A stretch of DNA of 64,000 nucleotides, taken from Candidatus Saccharimonadales bacterium (GTDB lineage: Bacteria > Patescibacteriota > Saccharimonadia > Saccharimonadales > DATKHC01). Location of the stretch: the NCBI GenBank assembly GCA_035510465.1, contig DATKHC010000021.1, positions 2,876 to 66,875 on the forward strand, given 5' to 3'. The notes beneath the pieces were generated by a model. It did not search any database. It saw nothing but the letters and a program-made list of their open reading frames with translations, and was not told the origin of the DNA. The position numbers and the translations under genes were made by a program. Positions 45,592-53,980 of the stretch are shown piece by piece (positions within the stretch are counted from its first letter, which is position 1; each line of letters starts with the position of its first letter).

Positions 45592-47229
45592 CTAGATGTT
45601 CGGTAAATGATCGTAAAGATGTCCCAATTTATACTCATCTCGAATCATACGCTTAAGCGTTTCTACGTTTTGTCCAATTTTTACGCCTGGGTTCATGGTT
45701 CTGTAAGGATCAAAGATCAGTTTTACCTTCATGAGAAGGTCATACACTTCATTTCCCCAAACCAGCGGCAAGAATGGGGCCCGCAGACGCCCATCCCCAT
45801 GTTGAGCCGTGATACTTCCGCCTAAACTGACAACCAATTTGTAGTATTCTTCCATTATCTTAAAGATCTTTTGACGATCACCTACCTGCGCAAGATCTAG
45901 TAGTGGCTGAAGATGTAGGTGTCCATCTCCCGCATGTCCATATATTGCAATCGGAGTTCGGTTCTTAGCAAACAGCTCATAAACAGCAGTTATATATTTA
46001 CTCAATTTATCTGGTGGCACTATTCCATCTTCAATTATAGGCACCGCTTTTGAGTTGCCGTCTCCTTGGGTGTAAACGGCCACTGAGGAATATCTTATTT
46101 TCCAAAGTTCTTCTTTACGATTTTGATCGGTTTCTAATTGATGCGGTATCTGATTGTCTTTCAGAAGCTTAGCGACTTTTTTGCTAAGTCTTTTTTGGAC
46201 ATGCTCACTATCAGTATCAAATTCGACCATTAGTACAAACTTCGGAAACGGTTGTTTAATTACGTTTTTTAAGAGATTTGGATTTAATTTGTTAACCGCT
46301 TCGAGTAAATTCTTGTCGACGATTTCGATCGCACTAGGTAGCTCAGGAAGCAATCTGAGTTCCAGTATGATTTCTTCCATAATCTTCAAGTTATCAAAAA
46401 GAGCGGCTATTAGCGTCGAATTCGGCCTGCGTTGTTCTGTTCGAAGTGTAGCCTCAGTGATTATGCCCAGCGTCCCTTGTGAGCCTATAAAGAGTGGTGT
46501 TAGGTCAAACGAACCGTCTTTTCTTTTGATTAACCCGAGGTTGTATCCAGAGGTATTCTTGGTGGTGCCAAGCCGCATTTTTTCAATAAGATCTTTATCC
46601 TCTTCTATTAAGATATCAAGGCTTCGGTAAATCTCACCTTCCATATTGGATTGACCCAGTTTCTTACTGAGTTCGCGTTTTGTTAGACGCCGCGTTTCGA
46701 TGATTTCGCCGTTTGCCAGAACTACCCTTAGCTCTTTAACGTAATCTATGGTCATGCCGTACTTTAAACTTTTTTCTCCACCCGCATTATTGCCCATCGC
46801 CCCACCAATTGTGCTGTAATCAGCGGAGGCGGGATAAGGAGGCAAGAAGCGATCATGCGTAAATAGTGCTTGTTGAAGCTGTGCGTAGTTGGTCCCAGGT
46901 TCAACCACCACCACTCCGGTTTTGCTATCCAGTTCCAAAACTCTATTCAAATGAGCTGGAAAAACTAAAATTATGCCACTTCCAATCGCTGCACCTGTTT
47001 GATCCGTTCCGGATCCCCTAGGGGTGATTGGGAATACCCTACCACGTTCAGCCAGTTGCCAAGTAAAACGAGCAATTTTCCTAACGTCATTCTCGTTCAT
47101 TGGATAGACCACGACTGCGGGTATCATTATGAAGATACTGGAGTCTGTCGAAAAATATCGTCTGGCATCGTTGCTGGCGATAACTTCGCCAGATATGTGT
47201 TCCTGCAAATAATGAGCAATTTTATTCAT
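45592..47229 (-). CDS. FAD-linked oxidase (GlcD/D-lactate dehydrogenase-like), paralog of 21163..22818
   Basis: 545 aa with the same architecture: VVVYPMNENDVRKI...PRGSGTDQTG...GHAGDGHLH...GGSITAQHGDG. Confidence 0.85.
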   Translation of the reverse strand: MNKIAHYLQEHISGEVIASNDARRYFSTDSSIFIMIPAVVVYPMNENDVRKIARFTWQLAERGRVFPITPRGSGTDQTGAAIGSGIILVFPAHLNRVLELDSKTGVVVVEPGTNYAQLQQALFTHDRFLPPYPASADYSTIGGAMGNNAGGEKSLKYGMTIDYVKELRVVLANGEIIETRRLTKRELSKKLGQSNMEGEIYRSLDILIEEDKDLIEKMRLGTTKNTSGYNLGLIKRKDGSFDLTPLFIGSQGTLGIITEATLRTEQRRPNSTLIAALFDNLKIMEEIILELRLLPELPSAIEIVDKNLLEAVNKLNPNLLKNVIKQPFPKFVLMVEFDTDSEHVQKRLSKKVAKLLKDNQIPHQLETDQNRKEELWKIRYSSVAVYTQGDGNSKAVPIIEDGIVPPDKLSKYITAVYELFAKNRTPIAIYGHAGDGHLHLQPLLDLAQVGDRQKIFKIMEEYYKLVVSLGGSITAQHGDGRLRAPFLPLVWGNEVYDLLMKVKLIFDPYRTMNPGVKIGQNVETLKRMIRDEYKLGHLYDHLPNI

Positions 47230-47461
47230 GGAATAGGCAAAAAATGAGTCCCTAACTTAAGCAGTAATCTGCTGATTATAATACCATATCAAACTATCTT
47301 ATATCTGTAACCGCGCTGAAGCTTACCAATTAAAAATACCCAGGGATTAGCCGGGTACTTTTACTTCGTGCGCGCCCACCCGCGGGCGGGTATTTTTGTA
47401 TTTGAAGTTTTTGTTTTACTCGCCGCGCAATTGCGCACGAATACACTATAAAGATAACCGT

Positions 47462-49498
47462 TTACACAGATTTGTCAATTAATTTCAGGAACTCGGTTTC
47501 GTTTAACTCCTTGGTCCGGAATTTATTTGCTTCGACTCGTTTGCTGTCTCCTGGATTCTCTCCTACCACCAGATAGTCGGTAGCCTTACCTACACTTGAG
47601 GAAAACGTCCCCCCAAGTGATCTTATTGCTTCCCCTGCCTCATCGCGTGACATATTACCAAGCGTCCCAGTTATCACAAATTTCTTAGCCTGAAGGGGTC
47701 CATTGGACAGCGACTTAAAGACCGGTTTTACGCCAACACGCTCAAATTTTTCAAGCAGTTTACGGTTATCTTGATCAGTAAACCAGCCAAAAATTGACTC
47801 TGCCACTATATCTCCAACGCCTTCCACCACCATCAACTCTTCTAAATCAGCATCAGCAATTTTGTCGATAGATTTAAAATGCGCAACTAAATCAATTGCC
47901 GTTTGAGCTCCAACATGTCTTATGCCAAGCCCATAAATAAATCTAGGCAGAGTCGGGTGTTTGGAATTAGCAACCCCGTCAATTAAATTGGAAGCAGATA
48001 ACTTGGCAAATCTGTCCAGTTTCTCAACTTCCTTTGGTTTTAGAAGATAAATATCCGCTAAATCATCGACTAATCCAGCGTCAACTAAAGCAGCCACGTT
48101 TTTCTCACCCAAGCCTTCTATATCAAGCGCACCCCGACTCGCAAAATGCTCTAAACTTTTTTTGAGCAGCAACTTGCCGCTCATTCCGGTTAAGCGATAA
48201 ACAGCCTCGCCTTCAGGACGATTAAATTTAAGGTCTGGGTACTGCCATTTCAGATGAGATTCCATGTCAAATGACACGGTTTTTTTAGGCCTGAGCTCTT
48301 CTAGGACTCGATCAACTTGGGGAATAATATCACCTGCTTTAAAGACTACGACAGTGTCACCTATTCTGATGTCTTTCCTGGCTATCTCATCCGAATTATG
48401 AAGCGAAGCATGTTTAACGAGTGTTCCGGCGAGGACTACTGGGTTCAAAACCGCCACTGGCGTGGCTGCTCCTGTTCGGCCAATACTAATTACTATTTCC
48501 TTTACTATCGATACTGATTCTTCTGCAGGGTATTTATAGGCAACTGCGCCTCTTGGGGCCTTCCCAACCACACCCAAACTTGAAGACAGTGCCCGGTCGT
48601 TTATCTTTACCACTAAACCGTCTGTATTAAATGGTAGTTCGTGACGTTTCTCTTCCCATTGTTTGATGAATTTCATAACTCCGGCTACATCCTTAAAAAC
48701 TGTGGCCTGATTGTTTGCAGCAATACCAAGTCTTCGTATTGCTTCATACGTATATAAATTGGTTGATAGATCGGTAGATTCATCTCTAATCATGTCGTAG
48801 GCTCTAAATAGTAAGGGGCGAGCAGCCGTTAAGCTTGTATCTAATTGCCTAACCGTTCCAGCGGCCAAATTTCTGGGGTTAGCATAAACAGGCTTGCCTT
48901 CCCTCTCCCTTTCTTTGTTTAGATTTTCGAAGTCTTTTTTGTACATTATTATTTCGCCGCGTATTTCAGTCCTTCCACGTAGAAACTTTTCATAGCCTTT
49001 TTCTGACCTAAGAAACAAGGGGATGTTTTTGACAGTCTTGATATTCGCTGTCACGTCTTCACCGACAAAACCGTCTCCCCGCGTTATCCCCTGAATTAGT
49101 TTCCCGTCTTGGTAGATTAGCGCACAAGCAAGGCCATCCATCTTAATATCTACGAAAAATTCTAGGTTTCGATCAGGTGTTAATTTTTCGATTCGCTTAA
49201 CCCAGGCTTCAACTTCTTCTTTATTGAAGACATCGTTCAAGCTAAGCATTCGGCTGGAGTGTTGAACTTTATCGAATTTTAACAAGACTTGGCCGCCTAC
49301 GGTTTGAGTCGGCGAGTCTGGGGTGATTAGCTTTGGATAGGCTTCTTCTAGTTGGCTCAGCTCGTGCTTAAGCGAATCAGCTGCTGCTTCGCTCATCGTT
49401 GATTTATCAAGCACGTGATAGTTGTAACGATAATCCTTAATGATTTCACGGAGTTTGTTTATTCTATCGGCGGCTTTGGACTTAGCTATCTTATTCAT
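47462..49498 (-). CDS. ligA: NAD-dependent DNA ligase
   Basis: Adenylation motif VDIKMDGLA plus OB, HhH and C-terminal BRCT (FVITGTL...). 678 aa. Confidence 0.97.
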   Translation of the reverse strand: MNKIAKSKAADRINKLREIIKDYRYNYHVLDKSTMSEAAADSLKHELSQLEEAYPKLITPDSPTQTVGGQVLLKFDKVQHSSRMLSLNDVFNKEEVEAWVKRIEKLTPDRNLEFFVDIKMDGLACALIYQDGKLIQGITRGDGFVGEDVTANIKTVKNIPLFLRSEKGYEKFLRGRTEIRGEIIMYKKDFENLNKEREREGKPVYANPRNLAAGTVRQLDTSLTAARPLLFRAYDMIRDESTDLSTNLYTYEAIRRLGIAANNQATVFKDVAGVMKFIKQWEEKRHELPFNTDGLVVKINDRALSSSLGVVGKAPRGAVAYKYPAEESVSIVKEIVISIGRTGAATPVAVLNPVVLAGTLVKHASLHNSDEIARKDIRIGDTVVVFKAGDIIPQVDRVLEELRPKKTVSFDMESHLKWQYPDLKFNRPEGEAVYRLTGMSGKLLLKKSLEHFASRGALDIEGLGEKNVAALVDAGLVDDLADIYLLKPKEVEKLDRFAKLSASNLIDGVANSKHPTLPRFIYGLGIRHVGAQTAIDLVAHFKSIDKIADADLEELMVVEGVGDIVAESIFGWFTDQDNRKLLEKFERVGVKPVFKSLSNGPLQAKKFVITGTLGNMSRDEAGEAIRSLGGTFSSSVGKATDYLVVGENPGDSKRVEANKFRTKELNETEFLKLIDKSV

Positions 49499-50363
49499 TT
49501 AGAAGTTCTCTATATAGCATGTATAAATAGCCATTTGCTATAGCAACAGCAATGGATATCTGCAGATATAATAACCAACCAGCAAGTGATGGGACTATAA
49601 GGGCAAATACGATTGTTATTGCCACTACCAAAATAGTCAAAGCAACTGGCAGAAAAATAACTCTTCTGATTACCACCGAACGTCGACCTTTAATCAATTG
49701 TTTAGCGGATTTTAACGCCTGAATTGGCCGAGTATCCGGAACGGTAACTATGTATAGCGCTACCAAAGAACTGCTGAGCCAATATGCCGTTAGGCTTATT
49801 AGAAGCAGACATGCCCCGATCCAAATTATTTTTTCATATAAATGAGGAGCTATCCCACCACCAAAGACCGAGTTAAATAGATAGACCCCAATCAGCGCTG
49901 GTAAAAGTTCAAGTGCAATCAAAAAACCAATAAGTAAGAATGGTATTAGGGGGTAGCTACTACTGTAAAAAACATCACGCAGCTTTGGTTTGGCTTTGGT
50001 CAGAAGTTGTCTAAACAACCAGATGAAAAACAGACTGAATAAAATAAGTAGGACTGTTTCATAGACTCCCGAACCGGGATTACTACTTGGGTTAGTTACT
50101 GAACCGTATAAACTTAGGTTATTAAGCGCGGATGAATTCGACTCGTGGAGAAAACTTTTTACCTGGGAGGTACTTAGAGGATCGTTGAAGCCCTTTACTA
50201 GCATTAGAGAAAGAACGTAGTACAGGATTAAAACCGGTCCAAACAGCTTCCAGTTGCTAAAAGTAATTTTAAAGCTCTTGCCAAGAAGTTTAATCGAATT
50301 TAAAGTTTTTGGTTTTTTAGCACTTTGTTTTGATTTTTTTTGTCTGGTTTGTTTGCTAGGCAT
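49491..50363 (-). CDS. Polytopic membrane protein
   Basis: 290 aa, basic N-terminus and about 6 TM helices. Overlaps neighbouring genes, so it is operonic. Confidence 0.55.
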   Translation of the reverse strand: MPSKQTRQKKSKQSAKKPKTLNSIKLLGKSFKITFSNWKLFGPVLILYYVLSLMLVKGFNDPLSTSQVKSFLHESNSSALNNLSLYGSVTNPSSNPGSGVYETVLLILFSLFFIWLFRQLLTKAKPKLRDVFYSSSYPLIPFLLIGFLIALELLPALIGVYLFNSVFGGGIAPHLYEKIIWIGACLLLISLTAYWLSSSLVALYIVTVPDTRPIQALKSAKQLIKGRRSVVIRRVIFLPVALTILVVAITIVFALIVPSLAGWLLYLQISIAVAIANGYLYMLYRELLNE

Positions 50364-51237
50364 GGGTTTCCATATCTTTCAAGCGGGCAATTCTTTGATC
50401 AATTGGTGGGTGAGTGCTAAAAAGATTGGTAACGGAATGGGCTTTAAGGGGATTGGCGAAAAAGAAATGAGCTGTTGAAGTATTTTGTTTTTTTAGTACG
50501 CTACCAGTCCGTTCGATCTTTTGGAGTGCGCTTATCAAACCTTCTGGGTAACGAGTAGTTAGCGCGCCGGTGGCATCAGCCAAATACTCTCTCTTTCGTG
50601 ATACTGCTAGTTGAATCAGTGTCGCAATTATCGGTGCTAAAATTGCCGCTACAATACCTACAATGAAGAATATCTGATTATTGTTGCCTTCATTATCTCG
50701 GCCCCTGAAAAAACTCATTCTGATCATAATGTCTGCGATGATACTGACAACCGCAACCAGAGCAAAAACTACCATTGAGACTCTAATGTCATAGTTTTTT
50801 ATATGGCCTAGTTCGTGAGCAAAAACGCCCTGCAGTTCATCATCGTCCATAATGGCCAGGAGCCCAGTGGTTGCGCAGACCGCTGCTTTGTCCGGTTTAC
50901 GACCGGTTGCAAAAGCGTTAGGTGAGGGATCGTCCATTATAAAAACACGGGGCATCGGTAGCCCATCAGTAATTGATAAGTTCTCAATTATTCGCCAGAG
51001 CCGTGGATTATCACTTTTTTGAATTTCTTTTGCGCCATTTACTGCTAGCGCCAACCTTGAACCAGCAAAGTAGGTGATAAGCGCGTAAACCGCTGCCCCA
51101 ATCAAAACGAAGGGCAAGATTGCAAGATCGTCATTATTGTAAAGCGCAAATACGTAGCCAATACCAACTATAAGAGCCAGGAATATAATTATGATTAAGT
51201 AGGTTTTACGTTTATTAGAGGCTATCTGTGAGTACAC
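50356..51237 (-). CDS. htpX: M48 zinc metalloprotease HtpX
   Basis: HELGHIKN zinc motif, 4 TM topology, C-terminal STHPPIDQRI. Confidence 0.9.
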   Translation of the reverse strand: MYSQIASNKRKTYLIIIIFLALIVGIGYVFALYNNDDLAILPFVLIGAAVYALITYFAGSRLALAVNGAKEIQKSDNPRLWRIIENLSITDGLPMPRVFIMDDPSPNAFATGRKPDKAAVCATTGLLAIMDDDELQGVFAHELGHIKNYDIRVSMVVFALVAVVSIIADIMIRMSFFRGRDNEGNNNQIFFIVGIVAAILAPIIATLIQLAVSRKREYLADATGALTTRYPEGLISALQKIERTGSVLKKQNTSTAHFFFANPLKAHSVTNLFSTHPPIDQRIARLKDMETHA

Positions 51238-51286
51238 TGGGGGATTTCCTTTTTGGTTGCAACTTTAATGAAGTTGATAGACGTGT

Positions 51287-51853
51287 TTAGAATTTTACAT
51301 TAACAGGTTGTTCGACTTGAGCTTGTTCGGCTTCGCCAATTTCAAAGAATTCTTTATCAATATGAAAACCGAGAATATTTGCGAAGATCTTGGTTGGGAA
51401 AACTTTCCTTTTGGTATTGAAGTCCCTGACTACCCCATTATAAAAGCGACGGGCCGCTTGAATTTTGTCTTCTGTGTCTGTAAGTTGAGCTTGTAAGTCT
51501 AGGAAATTCTCATTTGCCTTTAACTGCGGGTAGTTCTCAGCAACCGCAAACAGGCTTTTCAGTGTTTGACTGAATTGATTCTCAGCCTTAGCAGTTTCTG
51601 CTACTCCATTGGCATTAAGCGCTTGGGAACGCGTTTCAGCAACTTTTTCGAAAACGGTTTTCTCATGAGCTGCATAACCCTGGACTGTATTTACCAAATT
51701 CGGGATTAGGTCATAACGTCTTTTGAGCTGAACTGTTATGTCACTCCAGGCCTCATCAGCTCGTACATTTAAACGGACCAAACCGTTATACATCGCAGCA
51801 GATATAATGCCGAGTACAACCAAAATAGCAATTATTACATAAACAACATCCAT
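51287..51853 (-). CDS. lemA: LemA family protein
   Basis: N-terminal TM plus the YNGLVRL...RRYDLIPNLV...AENYPQLKA...ARRFYN pattern. Confidence 0.85.
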   Translation of the reverse strand: MDVVYVIIAILVVLGIISAAMYNGLVRLNVRADEAWSDITVQLKRRYDLIPNLVNTVQGYAAHEKTVFEKVAETRSQALNANGVAETAKAENQFSQTLKSLFAVAENYPQLKANENFLDLQAQLTDTEDKIQAARRFYNGVVRDFNTKRKVFPTKIFANILGFHIDKEFFEIGEAEQAQVEQPVNVKF

Positions 51854-52020
51854 AATTTAACTCCTGAAATTTACCCTTTGATTATACATTAGCTTCACTT
51901 AAAAAACGAGGTCCGATATGGCGGTTTCTTAGAGTGCCCATTGGACCGGTTTAATCAGCTAATTAATTATGTAAGTGCTTTTGCTTGCATTTAAACCTAC
52001 CCCATATATTCTATTAGTTA

Positions 52021-52239
52021 ATGGACATCGATAACTTACGGGAGCAAGTCCCAAGCGCAGAACGAGAATTAGGTGATAACCATGGATTTGTAGCAGAGGT
52101 TTTCAGGCTTCAGGCATTAAGAGAGCAACTTGCGCCAAGGTTTCAACTGCTCGTAGAATTTCTCAGTGGCACTTACGATAGGTTACGGCCCTTAACCGAG
52201 ACTCCACCGCTAAAGATTGTTTTAGAGGAGGTCCCCTGA
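52021..52239 (+). CDS. Hypothetical protein (possibly the 5' part of a frameshifted gene)
   Basis: 72-aa ORF ending at a TGA inside GTCCCCTGA. The +1 frame is open from 52223 into the next ORF. Confidence 0.35.
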   Translation: MDIDNLREQVPSAERELGDNHGFVAEVFRLQALREQLAPRFQLLVEFLSGTYDRLRPLTETPPLKIVLEEVP

Positions 52240-52267
52240 CGAGGATGGCGTTTTAGCTGTAGCAATA

Positions 52268-52672
52268 GTGCCTCTTAAGCTCAGAAGTGACGGAGAAGAC
52301 TGGAATGAGACATTCGACCGCTATTTTAATTTCACAAAAGCTGTGCCACCGATTGGATTTGGGTTGGAATTTTATTTCGTTCCCTCTAATCCCGGTGTAG
52401 GCGAAAAAGATGTTGTGATTGGGCAAGAGAGCACCTTATGGCAATCTACGTCCGGGCAACTCAGTTTTGACATGATCCCAGGGCTGTTAGCTTGGCCACC
52501 TGCACCCACCTCTGCCACTCAGGAAAAACTTAGGGAACTTAAAGCCTACGAGGATATTTATTGGGGGGGCAGGAAAGAACAGATCGAGGATTTAGAAAAA
52601 TCTGTTGCGAGGATCAGACTTGCTCTAGATGATCCTGTGCTGAATCCAACGATACACCGAATGAGAGCTTAA
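52268..52672 (+). CDS. Hypothetical protein (possibly the 3' part of the same gene)
   Basis: 134-aa ORF with a GTG start in the track. Its frame is open upstream to 52223. Confidence 0.4.
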   Translation: MPLKLRSDGEDWNETFDRYFNFTKAVPPIGFGLEFYFVPSNPGVGEKDVVIGQESTLWQSTSGQLSFDMIPGLLAWPPAPTSATQEKLRELKAYEDIYWGGRKEQIEDLEKSVARIRLALDDPVLNPTIHRMRA

Positions 52673-52675
52673 AGA

Positions 52676-52876
52676 TCAGGTCTCTTCTTTCGCTTGATCA
52701 GAGTTGCCAATTTTGACACCTTCGAATACATGACTTCTCGGTCCTACCACACCAATCCTTATCCCGTCTTCCCTCTCAACTATGACAAGAGTAGCGTTTT
52801 CACCTACATCAGCTACCTCATAAGTTGTGGTCTGAGCCGAAGTGTCTTCTGCTCCCGATATTTTTTCAGCTGACAT
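52676..52876 (-). CDS. Small hypothetical protein
   Basis: 66 aa. On the minus strand TTAGAA, 17 nt, TATAAT, 6 nt, ATG supports expression as a leaderless mRNA. Confidence 0.45.
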   Translation of the reverse strand: MSAEKISGAEDTSAQTTTYEVADVGENATLVIVEREDGIRIGVVGPRSHVFEGVKIGNSDQAKEET

Positions 52877-52922
52877 ATCCTAATTATACTATCAATCAGT
52901 TATGGTTCTAATAAGCGGGTCA

Positions 52923-52980
52923 TGGTGGACTTGAAGCAATTTCTTTCGAACACCTTTTAGGTTGGTTAGATCATCTTATT
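52923..52980 (+). repeat. R1 repeat, copy A
   Basis: TGGTGGACTTGAAGCAATTTCTTTCGAACACCTTTTAGGTTGGTTAGATCATCTTATT. One mismatch to copies B and C in the first 32 nt. Confidence 0.8.
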
Positions 52981-53038
52981 ATAAGCTTTCGACAGCCGTG
53001 AAATAAAATCGATCGAACAATTAGGTATAACAACTGTT

Positions 53039-53100
53039 GGATGGAAGGCGTGGACGAGTCAAGTTGCTCATTTAGCCCATAGCATCCATCTTTTTTATTT
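53039..53100 (+). repeat. R2 element, copy A (hairpin plus T tract)
   Basis: GGATGGAAGGCGTGGACGAGTCAAGTTGCTCATTTAGCCCATAGCATCCATCTTTTTTATTT. About 80% identical to copy B. Confidence 0.7.
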
Positions 53101-53122
53101 GGCATTCAGTTACCAAAAAGTC

Positions 53123-53151
53123 TTGACAAGTTAATTATATGTGCGTACAAT
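53123..53151 (+). promoter_or_regulatory. Consensus sigma70-type promoter of the mazEF-like pair (leaderless)
   Basis: TTGACA (53123-53128), 17 nt, TACAAT (53146-53151), 6 nt, ATG (53158). The inverted repeat CGTACA/TGTACG spans the -10 and is a possible operator. Confidence 0.65.
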
Positions 53152-53157
53152 GTACGT

Positions 53158-53475
53158 ATGAATACAATAGACACAAATCTTACAACTTCCGGCAATAGCG
53201 TTGCAGTGCGCTTACCTAAAGAGCTACTTAAAATGAGTGGCCTAGGTAATAAGGTAACCCTACAGGCAAAAAAAGGTAAAATAATTATTAGTAAGCCTTC
53301 TAACCCCCGTGCCGACTGGAGTCAGAATATTAAAGCAATGGTAGAGAAGTATGGAGATCCTTCTGAAGAGTTTACCGAAATGAATGATTCCTTAGTCGGG
53401 GATGGGTTAGATAACTTGCCGTGGGACGGGATTACTTACGAAGAATGGCTGAAAGATAATGATAGAGTTTCCTAG
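53158..53475 (+). CDS. AbrB/SpoVT-fold antitoxin (MazE-like)
   Basis: NSVAVRLPKELLKMSGLGNKVTLQAKKGKIIISK is a swapped-hairpin AbrB-type motif. Overlaps the toxin gene by 17 nt. Confidence 0.8.
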   Translation: MNTIDTNLTTSGNSVAVRLPKELLKMSGLGNKVTLQAKKGKIIISKPSNPRADWSQNIKAMVEKYGDPSEEFTEMNDSLVGDGLDNLPWDGITYEEWLKDNDRVS

Positions 53476-53785
53476 ACAGGGGTCTATCTATTGGTTTAAC
53501 CCCGAGCCTTCTAAGGGAGCTGAATTACGTAAGATTCGTCCTGGAGTTATAGTTTCTCCTGATGAAATGAATAGCAATATAAAAACCGTAATTATTGTTC
53601 CGCTTACTTCTGCTGTTAGGCCATGGGACTTTCGTTTGAAGATATTGGTTGCTGGACATAGTTCAAGTTTAGCCTGCGACCAAATACGTTCTATAGATAA
53701 AACTAGGCTAAAGTACCAAATGGGTAGCCTAAAAAAATCTGATTTAGAAAAACTGTTCGTATTATTGCAGTCAATTTTCTCCTAA
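53459..53785 (+). CDS. MazF/PemK-family endoribonuclease toxin
   Basis: GSIYWFNPEPSKGAELRKIRPGVIVS...VIIVPLTS...CDQIRSIDKTRL follows the PemK/MazF pattern. Confidence 0.85.
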   Translation: MIEFPRQGSIYWFNPEPSKGAELRKIRPGVIVSPDEMNSNIKTVIIVPLTSAVRPWDFRLKILVAGHSSSLACDQIRSIDKTRLKYQMGSLKKSDLEKLFVLLQSIFS

Positions 53786-53793
53786 TTGAAAAA

Positions 53794-53850
53794 TGGTGGA
53801 CTTGAAGCACTTTCTTTCGAACACCTTTTACGCTGGTTAGACAATTTATT
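53794..53850 (+). repeat. R1 repeat, copy B
   Basis: TGGTGGACTTGAAGCACTTTCTTTCGAACACCTTTTACGCTGGTTAGACAATTTATT. Confidence 0.8.
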
Positions 53851-53918
53851 ACAAGTTTCTGAGAATTATTAAATAATGTGACTTGGCCTAGACAAAAGTC
53901 GTACGTACAATAATAGGT

Positions 53919-53980
53919 GGATGGAATGCGTGGACGAGCCAAGTTGCTCAATAAGTCCAAAGCACCCGTCCTTTTTATTT
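53919..53980 (+). repeat. R2 element, copy B
   Basis: GGATGGAATGCGTGGACGAGCCAAGTTGCTCAATAAGTCCAAAGCACCCGTCCTTTTTATTT. Preceded by TTGGCC, 17 nt, TACAAT. Confidence 0.7.
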
